A stretch of 54,573 nucleotides of DNA, the filler included, from Sluysia triapertura (lineage: Eukaryota), in the NCBI GenBank assembly GCA_046118255.1. It is 4 parts of 4 records of this genome, joined end to end, with 100 filler letters (N's around TTAATTAATTAA, not from the genome) between each part and the next. Parts side by side here need not be neighbours in the genome. Positions count along the whole stretch, not along the records: positions 13,914 to 26,799 come from JBJNIA010074718.1; positions 26,900 to 43,348 come from JBJNIA010203485.1; 2 more parts are not named here. One strand, 5' to 3'. Positions 25,718-37,200 of this stretch are shown here, piece by piece. The notes beneath the pieces are model-generated. The model saw nothing but the letters and a program-made list of their open reading frames with translations, ran no database searches and was not told the origin of the DNA. Both the position numbers and the translations under genes were made by a program. Positions within the stretch are counted from its first letter, which is position 1. Every line of letters starts with the position of its first letter.

Positions 25718-25876
25718 TGTTAGACCATTATAAAGTGGTCTGACCTGTGATCAAACCCGGGACCTCTCGCTGCGCCGTTCGATGCTTTACCCACTGAGCT
25801 ATCAGCCCCGTCTAACAATTTTAATTTATTATAGTGAATAATACCATCATGGCACTTTAGGCCTTTTACCCCAACA
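25718..25876 (-). mobile_element. tRNA-core short element, copy 2
   Basis: TGTT..AACA termini, 4-bp TSD CAAT, 73-nt tRNA-like core at 25736-25808 with A-box TAGCTCAGTGG and B-box-like GGTTTGATC. Confidence 0.88.
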
Positions 25877-26688
25877 CAATGAAAGTCATAATGTTGAGAA
25901 AAGTAAAATTTTAATTAATTTTTGATAATGGAATGTTGCATATTTAATATCCAGAATGATGAAAATATAATGAAGTTAATATGAGATTATTGCTGTGAAA
26001 GAGAAGAAAATCTAGAAGTGAGTTTGAAATGTTTTTAGAGTGCTATTATGTGGTGAAAATCTTTTGCTTTTATAACCTTTAGTTATGTATATTTGTGCGT
26101 CCCTTACGACATTGGGACTTACTCAATTAAGGGTCAACTCGTTGGTGTAAGGATAAAATCGAGTGGAGTGAATGGAAGTCAAGTATGTGCAATGCGTTAA
26201 TGAACTGTTAATTATTTGAAGTTAACGATGTTTCAATCTCCGCGTTTAGTTTAAACATTTTATGCTCGATCCTAATGTTGAAACAGGATCTGAAATTGTT
26301 TGGTGATTTTAAATTAATATATATTCAATGCAATTACTATGATACTCTCAATTTTATATTTAGGTTACAGCTATATAAGTTATTTATATCGTAAGGTATA
26401 AATCTGTATAAAATTCGAGGACAACTTAATAAAATGTATTAAATAACAATACATGATGTTGATTAAGCCTTGACTACAATATTTACACAAAATATTACAA
26501 AATAAATGGTTTAACTGAAGTTAGTAATTTTGTAATTCCATATGCTACTACTTGTTCTTATTCAATGATTGAGCAATCCCAATAAATGAATTATTTATAT
26601 TTTACCTTAAATGGTACACGATTGAACTTAAACATGCTAAAAATACTAAAAAATGACTCGGTGTTAGTAATTCTTATTGTTGCCGCTG

Positions 26689-26799
26689 TAATAATAATAA
26701 TAATATATTAATTTATATTGCCCTCATATCTACCGCGAAAGTACTCAAAAGCGCTTAAGGTAAATCATTCACCATAATATTTCTGAAACAGAAAGAACT
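26689..26799 (-). mobile_element. L2-clade LINE 3' end
   Basis: rc reads AAGCGCTTTTGAGTAC..GATATGAGGGCAATATAAAT followed by a (TAT)n tail. 67 nt are identical to 43449-43515. Confidence 0.75.
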
Positions 26800-26899
26800 N
26801 NNNNNNNNNNNNNNNNNNNNNNNNNNNNNNNNNNNNNNNNNNNTTAATTAATTAANNNNNNNNNNNNNNNNNNNNNNNNNNNNNNNNNNNNNNNNNNNN
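26800..26899. other. Assembly gap linker
   Basis: 44 N + TTAATTAATTAA + 44 N. Confidence 0.99.
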
Positions 26900-27246
26900 A
26901 ATCCTGCATAGCTGTACCGTGAATAAACAGTAAGCTTTATTTAATAAGTTTTCGTCTTTTCATATTTCACTTAGTTTAAATCTAAGTTCAAAATCAATCT
27001 CTAAATTGTTTAATTAAGTATTAAATATATCAAATATATTAAATATATATCTCGTTATTTTATTGTTGTATAACATGACACTTCTTTTATTTTGTTAATA
27101 AATTATTATATTTTGAATTGTTACATTTTGTATAGTATCGGATTATTAAATTCTTTTAATTTTATTTTTTTTGAAAACAAGTTAAGTCAATGGATTTTGA
27201 GGTTAACTAAAGTTTTCAGCATTGATCAAAGAGTGACTATGGGTTA

Positions 27247-27291
27247 ATAGAATACTAGAATAGAATAGAATAGAATACTAGAATAGAATAG
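27247..27291. repeat. (AGAAT)n pentanucleotide microsatellite
   Basis: Direct inspection. Confidence 0.9.
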
Positions 27292-27649
27292 TTCGAAAAG
27301 AAAATTTGAGACCATCTTACCGAATTAATATACTTCAACGAATAAAATTGTATAGCAAGGGTATAAATTGTTTGCTGTAGGCGAATCCAGATTTGAATTT
27401 ATTTTGTAAGATAAAATTAAATAAATAAGAGAAAAATCTTGCAGTCAACAAAGGAACCACACATAAATGGACTTGGTAGTAATTCTCATTTTGGAAAAGA
27501 TGTTTTTTCGAATCAATTGTACTTTACGAAACACGCTTTTAAGTTAAGCGAACTAATTAGATCTGCAAACGATATTAATTTAGAATGTCGTATTTACATT
27601 TCGATAGTCAAATTAAATAAATGGGTTATTGAATCTACCGAATTTTGTT

Positions 27650-27860
27650 ACCACTAGACTTAAATCCAATGTAGGTCTTGATCAATTTCAACATTTTCTA
27701 ATGATATTTGTAAGTGTGGTGTGCCTCTTTGTATAGTGATTTTTGTTGGTACTGAATCACAGCCTATATTCTTTAATTATTTGATAATCAGTTTTTCCCT
27801 ATTTTTAATTCTGACTAATAGCCAATTAGAAAATGCACCTTTTTTATTTTGTTATCAATT
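27650..27860 (-). mobile_element. Possible LINE reverse transcriptase remnant
   Basis: rc translation ..NIGCDSVPTKITIQRGTP resembles the I..GVPQG motif. Highly decayed. Confidence 0.3.
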
Positions 27861-28009
27861 TCTCCATGTAATAATCAGTCAATTTTCTAAATAATTATTA
27901 TATATTTGCCCTATACTGTATTACTACACAAGCACAATACTAGTGTATCTGTTAACTTTAGTAATTTTATTATTGTGGTGCAACTATTTTTTTGTCACAT
28001 TATTATTAA

Positions 28010-28041
<32 letters not shown>

Positions 28042-29194
28042 GTAGTAGTAGTAGTAGTAGCAGTAGTAATATTAGTAGTGTTGAAGCAACACAATACTCA
28101 ACGTTAACATTCAATATTTTAATTAAAATCTTTAAAAATAAATTAAAAAATGTAATGTAGTACTTGAAAAATAAAAATGAGTCTTAAAAATGTTCGAAAT
28201 GTCAAAACCGAATGTTTGTTCAATGTAATACTCATGTAATAATGTACAATGCAATAAAAGGTGATGACAGAATAAATATAATATTTAAATATACTTTTAT
28301 TGAATGTTTATTATAAAATAATTTAAAAAATTTAATCTAATTTTTTTGGTGAGCCGTAAATGTTTTAAATGAGGAGCCACCATAAATTAAAAATAAACAA
28401 AATGTGAAGTACGTAATCTAATAATATGTGAAATAATTAAATCGAATAAGTAATAAATTGGATAGAATTTGTAAGTAATATTACTATTTATCAAACTTTG
28501 TACATAAAAATTATTTATAATCGAACAAATTTCGATTTACAAAGGAGGAAAAACTAACAGAAAGGAAGAATTGATACGTCGCTGGTAGATGAATAATGAA
28601 CTCAATTTCAGAGATTAAATTGTTAAAAAATATTGAATAAATTGAGCGAGAAGTTATTTAGGATAAAGCTATAAAGAGAATTTAATTTTAATTAAGAAAG
28701 AACCGAATTAAATAAAGAGTTGGTTAAAGTTTAAAGAATAATTTGTATAAATCATAAAGAATAATTTGTAGAAAAAGGAATTAACAAATATACAAAAGTT
28801 ATAAAGACAAGGTTATCAGATATTTGAGAACTTGCTTTTGATTTTATATATTTTTAGTAGTTAATTTTGTTTTTATTCTTACCTTTAATTTAGTCATGTC
28901 CCCTACTATTTTTTGAGATAATACATCTGTTTAAGGCCAGGCCAAAACGATTTCTTGTTTATATTTCAAGTTAAACAAATAAATAAACGCGTGAAAACTA
29001 ATAAAAATCGAACATTATATTGTTAATTGACGACACAATTAAATTGTTAGTGGAAAACCATGGCATAGCAACAAAGTTGACGATTTCACCAATCAACGGA
29101 TTTCGATCATTTAACACGTTTTGTACTTTGTCATCCCAATCTAAGGTTATTCTAGGTTTTATTAGTTGTAAGACTTTTATCTCGATACGTCTAG

Positions 29195-29696
29195 TGTGGT
29201 GGCCAACCTTTTCATCTAAAATTTAAATCATTATTTTACATAAAATATCACATTTATTAACATTTAACATTTTACTTTTTCAGAATCCATTAAAACCGTT
29301 TTACAATTTAAAACATTTTAATTCACAATTTACATCTCAAATTATCAAATTTACATTTCAAAACTAATCCAAAACATTTCACGTTCACAATCCTTCAACA
29401 CTCAATCATCAACATCAGTGAAGAACATTAAAATCACATCTAAAATTAATTTAGCACATCGCGGTCAAAGTAACATTTCTTTAACATTTTTAATTATGTA
29501 CTATTTTCTTTATGCATTCTCTTGTTACCTTTTTCCAAGTTTCATATTCTAGTAATCACCAAATAAATATAAAAGAAAAAAAGAGAATTTTATTTATGTA
29601 ATTTATTTTGTAAAAGAAATCCCAAAAGTTTATGTTAAAAGAATTTAATTTATAATAAGAAGAGTGTGTAAAGTTTGCATTTCATTTTTTGTTTTA

Positions 29697-29732
<36 letters not shown>

Positions 29733-30100
29733 GTAATTATTTTAATTATAATTATTTTTACTATTTTTATTATCTTCAACAGTTTTTTGTTAATTTTTGT
29801 TTCTGTCAATTAAGACAGATTATCTGCATGAAAATGCCTGTCCCCGTTTTTCAATCGCCTTTTCTGTTTAGCTGCATGGTGACAGACATACATTTAGATA
29901 AAATTATTTAATATCAACTTAGCGAATTTGATTGGACATCCAATCAGTTCTGTTTTCTCATTTCACTATCAGTTACTACCATTGGATGTCCAATCAATAC
30001 AATCAATCCAATCAAGCCAAAAAACAATCAATCCAATCAAGCCAAAAAACAATCAATATCTCACTATTTTGATTTCTAGTAATAGCAATAATTCAAAAAC
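29195..30100 (+). repeat. Interspersed repeat family A (TGTGGTGGCCAACC start), copy 1
   Basis: Shares its start and ~500 bp of C/A-rich sequence with 30170 onward. Internal 17-bp perfect inverted repeat 29928-29997. End approximate. Confidence 0.7.
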
Positions 30101-30169
30101 TAGTAGTTAACAAATTTTTTAGAAAGCAGAAATATTGGAAGAGAAGATATATCTTGTTGAAAACATTTA

Positions 30170-30850
30170 TGTGGTGGCCAACCTTTTCATTCAAAATAAG
30201 AACCATTAATTTACAGGAAATATAACATTCATTAAAACCTTCAAACATTTTAAATTTCATTTAAAATATTTTTAATTCACAATTCACAACATTAGAATCA
30301 CAATTTACATTTCAAATTATCAAATATACATTTTAAAATCAATCCAAAACATTTCAAGTCTACAATTCTTTATTACTCAATCATTAACACCAGTGAAAAC
30401 CATTAAACTCATAAGTTAAAGTCATTCTAAGCATTCTAATCAAGAAAAGAATTTTATTTAGGAAATTTTATTTTAAAGAAAGAGAACACGTTGTAAATAT
30501 GTAAAGAAATTTTTTAGATCATGTAAAGAATAATATTTATGCGTTTTGTATTTTTTTATAATTTTATTATTATTAATTATTAATTATTACTTTATTATTT
30601 ATTTTATTTTCATTTGTAAATTTATTATTTTTCATATTATTATTACTACTATTACTCGTAGTACTTTTATAATATCAACAACCGTCAGTAATTTACAGTT
30701 TTTAATTGAATTGAACTAATATCACATTATTGACTGTCAAGTGCTGACATTCTCATAACCGGTAATCGATTCAGTTCTTTGTTTCAAACCAGTTTGCCGG
30801 CTAATCGTTAACAATATAAAAATTAAAGAAATTAAAAATACACTCACCAC
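30170..30850 (+). repeat. Interspersed repeat family A, copy 2
   Basis: TGTGGTGGCCAACCTTTTCAT start, collinear with copy 1. End approximate. Confidence 0.7.
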
Positions 30851-33800
30851 AGCTAAAATTGTAAAAATTATTTGTGACTCAATCAACAGTAAAAGATTGA
30901 TACTAAAAGCTTTATATCTACCTTTGCCTTTCAATAATCCCAACATGTCTCTGTTCGCCAAAAAGTCATTGACCTATCAATACACAGACAACAAGAAACA
31001 GAAATTAAGGATGACAAAACAATGAATTACAATCGGTCCATAGTAAATTTACACAATATAAAAGAAAGAAATAAATGCAATTTTTACTTATTAGAATAAT
31101 TTATCATCACATTTTGTAACAATGTTTGATAATAATAAAAGAAACGTTGGAAGGCTTCATTCAAGTTGTATCTTGGAGCATTGTCGCAGTACGATACTAC
31201 GTACGTTCAGAAGCCTATGTTTCATCTGAAAAAGTAGAAATACATATGGATATGAAGCTTATGAAGCGTTTAATATGGTCATATAAATAGTATTTACAAT
31301 TTTTATCATTTTGTACATTTTATGCGTACGTAAAATGTAAAATTATGCGATTCTAATTAACAAATGTACTTATTAATTTAAAATTGGTCATTGTTTTCCA
31401 CTAATGACAACATTTATATGATGACCGTAATTGTTTCCCGATATTATACACAATAATTTTAGTTGATTTTCCAAGAGCTGGCATGTGCTATGTCTTTTGC
31501 TTATATAGAAACAAAACATGCATTTAGATTTGTGGATACGTTCCCTTTTTTAATTAAAATTTTTAAATTTCTAAATTTCCTTTTTCCATTGACTTTACTA
31601 TCAAATTGTTTTAAGATAGTATATAAACCGTTATATTTTGTTATATTTATTCAACATCCAGTATCACGATGGAGGTAAGTTATTTCGTGGAAAACACTTA
31701 ACTTACCCTAACATGATCTTTCTTCTTATTAGGCCTTTCTTCTGTCACTCTACTTACAGGAGTCTTATCTTACAGGAATGTCTTATCTCTTGCTTTATCT
31801 CTTAATTCATGCAATGAGTTTTCGCTTACATACACGCATAACTTACAATTTTATCATTAATTTTTTACTTATTATCATATTTTCTTTATTTTTCCAGAAC
31901 GCATCTCAAAAAATCATAAAGCTTATTAATACCACCAATAGTCAGACAAAAGTGGACATTCTAAAAGACTTAAAAAGAATGTGCCATAGTGCCGAAGTAG
32001 CTGATCTCCTCCTGCGCAGTCTGCCGCATATTTCTGTGGACACGAAAGTCCGTCCTAATCGACGAAGACTGCTGATTAGCCTAGGCGGAGACGAGGTTTC
32101 GTATTCGTAACCTTTCGTGGACAGATCGAGGAGATGACGATATCTAAAAATACTACAATCGGCACTCTAGCCCAATGGTTCGGCGTACGAAGAAAATCAA
32201 AAATGAAATCATTATAAATCACAAAGGGAAGCAGATTTCAGGTGCCATCCAAAAATGCATTTTTATTGTAGACGGTGCCACGTACGATGCGCACGAAATT
32301 ATTGCGAAATTAATGGATTTTTTTCTTTTTAATTTGAAAAGGTTTTTTTATATTTAAATATATTACTTTCGTTTTGAGTATTTAGTATTAAAAATGATTA
32401 AATTGATGATTAATTAGTTATTGATAAATTAGTAATGATTAATTAGTTATTGATGATGCTGATGGTATTCGAAAATAGATAAGTATTACTTTCCTAATAT
32501 ACGCGCACTAACAAACCAAAATGAAAAATAGCACATATTTTTTTAATTTTTAAAAATAAAACGTTAAATAAAACAGTAAAATAAATCGAAAATATAATAA
32601 CCGGCAAAAACTAAACACAATTACAAACAAAATTAATTAGAAAAGCTAAAAATTATTTATTTATTGAAATCTATAATTTATTCTTCTCGTTAATATATTT
32701 ATTCGTTAAAAATTTAAAGCTTACCTTAAATAATTTTTTATTATACGTAACACGTTAACGGTACATCACACGTTAATCTCAATAGCTTTTACTGACTTGT
32801 TTCTTTACAAGCTTTAATGTGATATATACTTTATTAATGCTCAGACATTGGAACCTATTTAATCTTTAATTTTAAATTAGAAAATTAATTAAAATAACTA
32901 ATTTTACGCTATCGGCGTTGACGTGCTTCGTAAGACTTCATCATTAAAACCAATAATAAAACTCAACATTATACACTAAATTTAACATTTTTATATCGTG
33001 AGTAAACATTTCTATTAAGTTATTAAATTAAATAAATTTTAATTAAGTTAATTAACAAATGTACTTTAGTATTTTAACAAATAAAACCTTGTAAGGGGTT
33101 ATTTCTTCGTATTTCTCATTGTTTTGTCTTAATTCAAGTATTTTATATATTTATCTTACCATTACAATTCGTCAGAATCCTCTATCTCAATTCCTCAATA
33201 ACGTTCACCTTATTATGTTATCCTGAGTTTTAAACCTTTATATCTAGCTTTACCCTTCAATAATCCCAACATTTCAATAGAAATCAAATAATAGTTAAGT
33301 CAATGTAAAACTAGATCTTTTACAAAAATTAATTATATTAAAACTCAATTATAATATTCAATCTTAAGGATCACTCAGCACATATATATTATTGTACAAA
33401 ATGTAGTAAATAAACAATAAAAACTTAAGATCCAACTAACCACAAACAAGATGACTTTAAAATACAATTTTAGTCAGATTTCTGAAGATTCTTCAAGATT
33501 CAATCAGTGTTTGCCACTATGCATGGAATCAGCTTTCTTACAGCAAAAATACTAACTGTATCCTTTTTTATGTGCCACGATAGCAAAATGTGGTTCATTA
33601 TATACTGTTTAGATAATTTCTAGGAATTCGTCTTAATTATTGTGAATGTCGAGGAGACACACATATTTCTTAGAGTCGGTTTTATACCTACCAATTTTAC
33701 TAATCAAATTTGAACATAAATTTTCGACGAATTTCCATTTTAATATTATCTAGCAATTATGCAAAGATAATGAATTTTGTGGCAAACAAAATAAAAATTT

Positions 33801-34204
33801 AAGATCATAGTTATAATAATACGTATTAATCGTAATTTAATATATTCATTTTTTTAATTACATGTATTTTTATATTTATTGATTATATAATAAGTTATTA
33901 AACTTCGTTTTTGCCGTCCTTTTAAAAAATTAAGCTTTTTGTACATGTGTTTTAATTCATCATTTTGTGTAATATTCAAAATTGTAATTAACCTAAATAA
34001 AATACATTTTCCTTGATTTATAAATCTTGATTTATTATAAAAAGATTCATTTTTTTAATAACATGTACTTTTATATCTATTGCATATAAAATGTGTTAAT
34101 AAAAAAATTTTTTTATTAACTTCATTTTCGCCATCCTTTTAAAGTCTCTATATATCAATTAAAATTAAGTTTTTTTGTGCCTTTTTCATTTATAATGCAT
34201 TGTA

Positions 34205-37200
34205 ATGGCCGATTCTAAGTATAGTCCACGCAGTAAGCGTTCAAAACGTTCATATACCAATGATAGAACCAAACGAAGGTCCGATGATTCATCAAATTAT
34301 TCTGATGATAGATCGCACAGAAAGTCTAAGAAGAATCATTACAATGAAAGTGATTCACGGTCATATACACCAGATTCGTCAAGAAATTCCTCACAGTCAT
34401 CACGCTTTAGTTCGTATTCTGCCCAAGATTCAAAAAAGAAAAGTCAAAAAAGATCTTACAAAAGGTCTCGTCGATCTCGCTCTTGGTCAAAGCGATCTTC
34501 TAGTGGTAGCAGTAGTAGTAGCAGAAGCAGTAGTAGGTCATATTTAGAAAAAAAGAGAATAACTCGACCTAGAATAAAAAAGCAGGTTTGGAATAACAAA
34601 GTGTACATAGTTGGAGAAGGTATGAAGGAAAACTCTTTTCATTTTTGTGATTCATGTTCACTTCCTATATATATATATATATTTATTGTCGATTAGTTCC
34701 TTGTAAACACGTGTTTTGTATGAATTGTGGTACAAAATATCAGAATAAAAAGTGTCCCAGATGCGAGAAACAGGTCACGATGACAGAAGCATGTCCGTAT
34801 CACACAATTTTTATGTGCTATGAAGGTGGAAGTTCTCATAGCACTCAGGGTTGTCGTCGCACTTATTTTTCTCAGCGTGATCTCAACTCGCATATAAATC
34901 ATAGACATAAAAAATCATTGCCTGGTATTAGCGCTATTTGCGCAACTAGTGCATCAACAGCTGCTCCCACAGGTTCATGTCCTACAATTACAGCTCCTAT
35001 TGTATCTGTGTCAGGTACTATGAAAGCTCCACATGCTTCTTTAGGTATGCCAGTTATTAGTGGTGCTGTTGGAGGAATTCCTGTTTCTGCAGTTGCTGCA
35101 GTTTTTAATTTACAAGCAGTAGCAGGTTTACCATCAAATCAATTTTCGAATGCCGCAGTGCCGCCTGGTGCGTCTACTCCATCTATTGTCGGTCCAAATC
35201 CATTACACAACAGCAGTCAATCGTCAAATGCGTTAATGCAATCAATGACTAATTTATTTCATACTATTACGAGAAATCAACAGTCTCATGCACCTTACAC
35301 AAACCCAGTCAATATCAATACAACTGCTAAGACAAATATAAACACAGGAACAAATTTAGGACAAATTACACCTCGACTAACGGCCCACCAAACAATTCTC
35401 CTGTAAACACTAGTAGACCACCACCACAAGCACAGACTCTTAATCCATTATCTTTACTTCAGTGTGCAAATAATCCACAGAATGCATTACCTGGTTTACT
35501 TAATCAAGTAAATATTTAATTATATTAAAAATTATTGAAACAAGGTTTACTCTTATTTATTGCGGCAAGATGAGAGTTGTATTTTTATGGGAATATTTTA
35601 TATTTAATGTAGTTCGGTTTATCATATTTTATGAACAATCATATTTTTATATACACAATGTTTGTATCTACTATAGAAAATACATAGAAATGAACACTAA
35701 GAACGAATCAAACCAATAAATTTATTTTATTCTACTTCATTTAGAATTTATATCATTTTGAACCTTTACTTACTAATTCACCAATACAGTAAATTAGTGA
35801 ATTATTGTATTCAGCCATTTTAGCTGAGAATTTCTGTAGCATTTCAAGATTTTTAATATCGTTTAGAATCGCTTTAGTTAAGAATTAGATTCAGAAAAAA
35901 ACGGTTTTAATCGATAGTAATTTTAATTTAAAACACATGACATGTAATTTTAACATCTCATAACTTTTAATTATATTATTAATATCTGATTATATTTTTA
36001 TAGTTTTAATACATAAACTTACATCCAATAACTTAACTTTACAAATACGTAAGTTATACGCTATAATTCAACTTATAATCGAGTTTTTTGACAAGGATGA
36101 AATTTAATTTCGATAAATTTATCTCTACGAACATCAAAAGCTATGAGAAATATTAACAAAGCATTTGACAAAAATAAGCAAACGTTAGAACCCTTAAGCG
36201 ACAAGTTAACGATGACAATATAAGTTTTCAAAATGAGTGCCGAAACTCATAGGAATCTATTATGTACTTGAAGGAGTTATTTGTCTTGGATCCTTGGAAA
36301 AGCCAAATTTTGATGATTTTCTACATATAATTAATCAATATTAATCATCGCTCATCGATTTGTGATATTCCTTGCTTCTATATTTTGGATCATGTATTAT
36401 AAAGTATTTCAAAGGCTTCAAAAGCCCGAAACATTTACTGTACGATACTCAACAGTTTGTGTTATATTATAACCTTAAATCACAACAATGTGCATAAAGA
36501 GATATCTATCAAGTGGCCATCATTAGTTAAATAATAATGCTAAACTGAATATTTCAAGTTAACCATTATGGTAGTGAATCAACTTCAATGTGAATCATTT
36601 TTTCATTTTTCGTACTTCAAACTCGGTACCATCTAATTACCACTTTTCGAAGAAGTGCTGAATCAGTTTAGTCAAAACGGAGTGCTCGATCTGTTAAGTA
36701 TGTCTAAAGTTGAAATAAATGAAATTCTACGTAAAGTTTAGTAATGCAGTGACGCATTTGGTTCTTATTTTGATTAAATAAAATCAATTTTGAGTAGCTA
36801 TTAACTTAATTTTGTTATATAAAAATATATACGATTACTAAATTTTTTGCGCATTAAATTTTATGCATTAGGTTTTAAAGATTGATGCAATACTAAGCGA
36901 AATTTTTACATTAAATTATTACTATTTAACTTAGTAAGATATTTTAAATTTTTGATCTGATTGTATTTAATAGCATGAAATACTGAAAAAGGAAATGTAT
37001 TAAAAATTATAAGCCAAATTAAATTAAATGTTAAAAAGATTCTAGAATGTTACGAAAACTTCTTGATAAATATACCTTGATTTGTTTGTTCGTTTTTTTT
37101 AAAGGTTAGTATTGTATAGAAGTACACTACAAATTTAATAAAATTAATAATTGCAATAAATATTAATACTTTAATTTATTATGAATATTATGTAAATTAT

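Larger units (their letters stand above)
25146..26584 (+). mobile_element. Non-autonomous TIR element (family B), copy 2
   Basis: TGTTGGGATTGCCCAA ... TTGAGCAATCCCAATA (14/16 inverted). Hosts two tRNA-core insertions. Confidence 0.6.

Noticed and set aside
25736-25808. Functional tRNA gene
   Set aside because: The anticodon arm does not pair properly, copies are mutated or deleted, and all sit inside a TSD-flanked mobile unit.
32918-32945. Minimal hammerhead-ribozyme-like motif on the minus strand (ATGATGAAGTCTTACGAAGCACGTC)
   Set aside because: Both core boxes deviate (CTGATGA, GAAA), stem I is not supported and no Penelope ORF is nearby.
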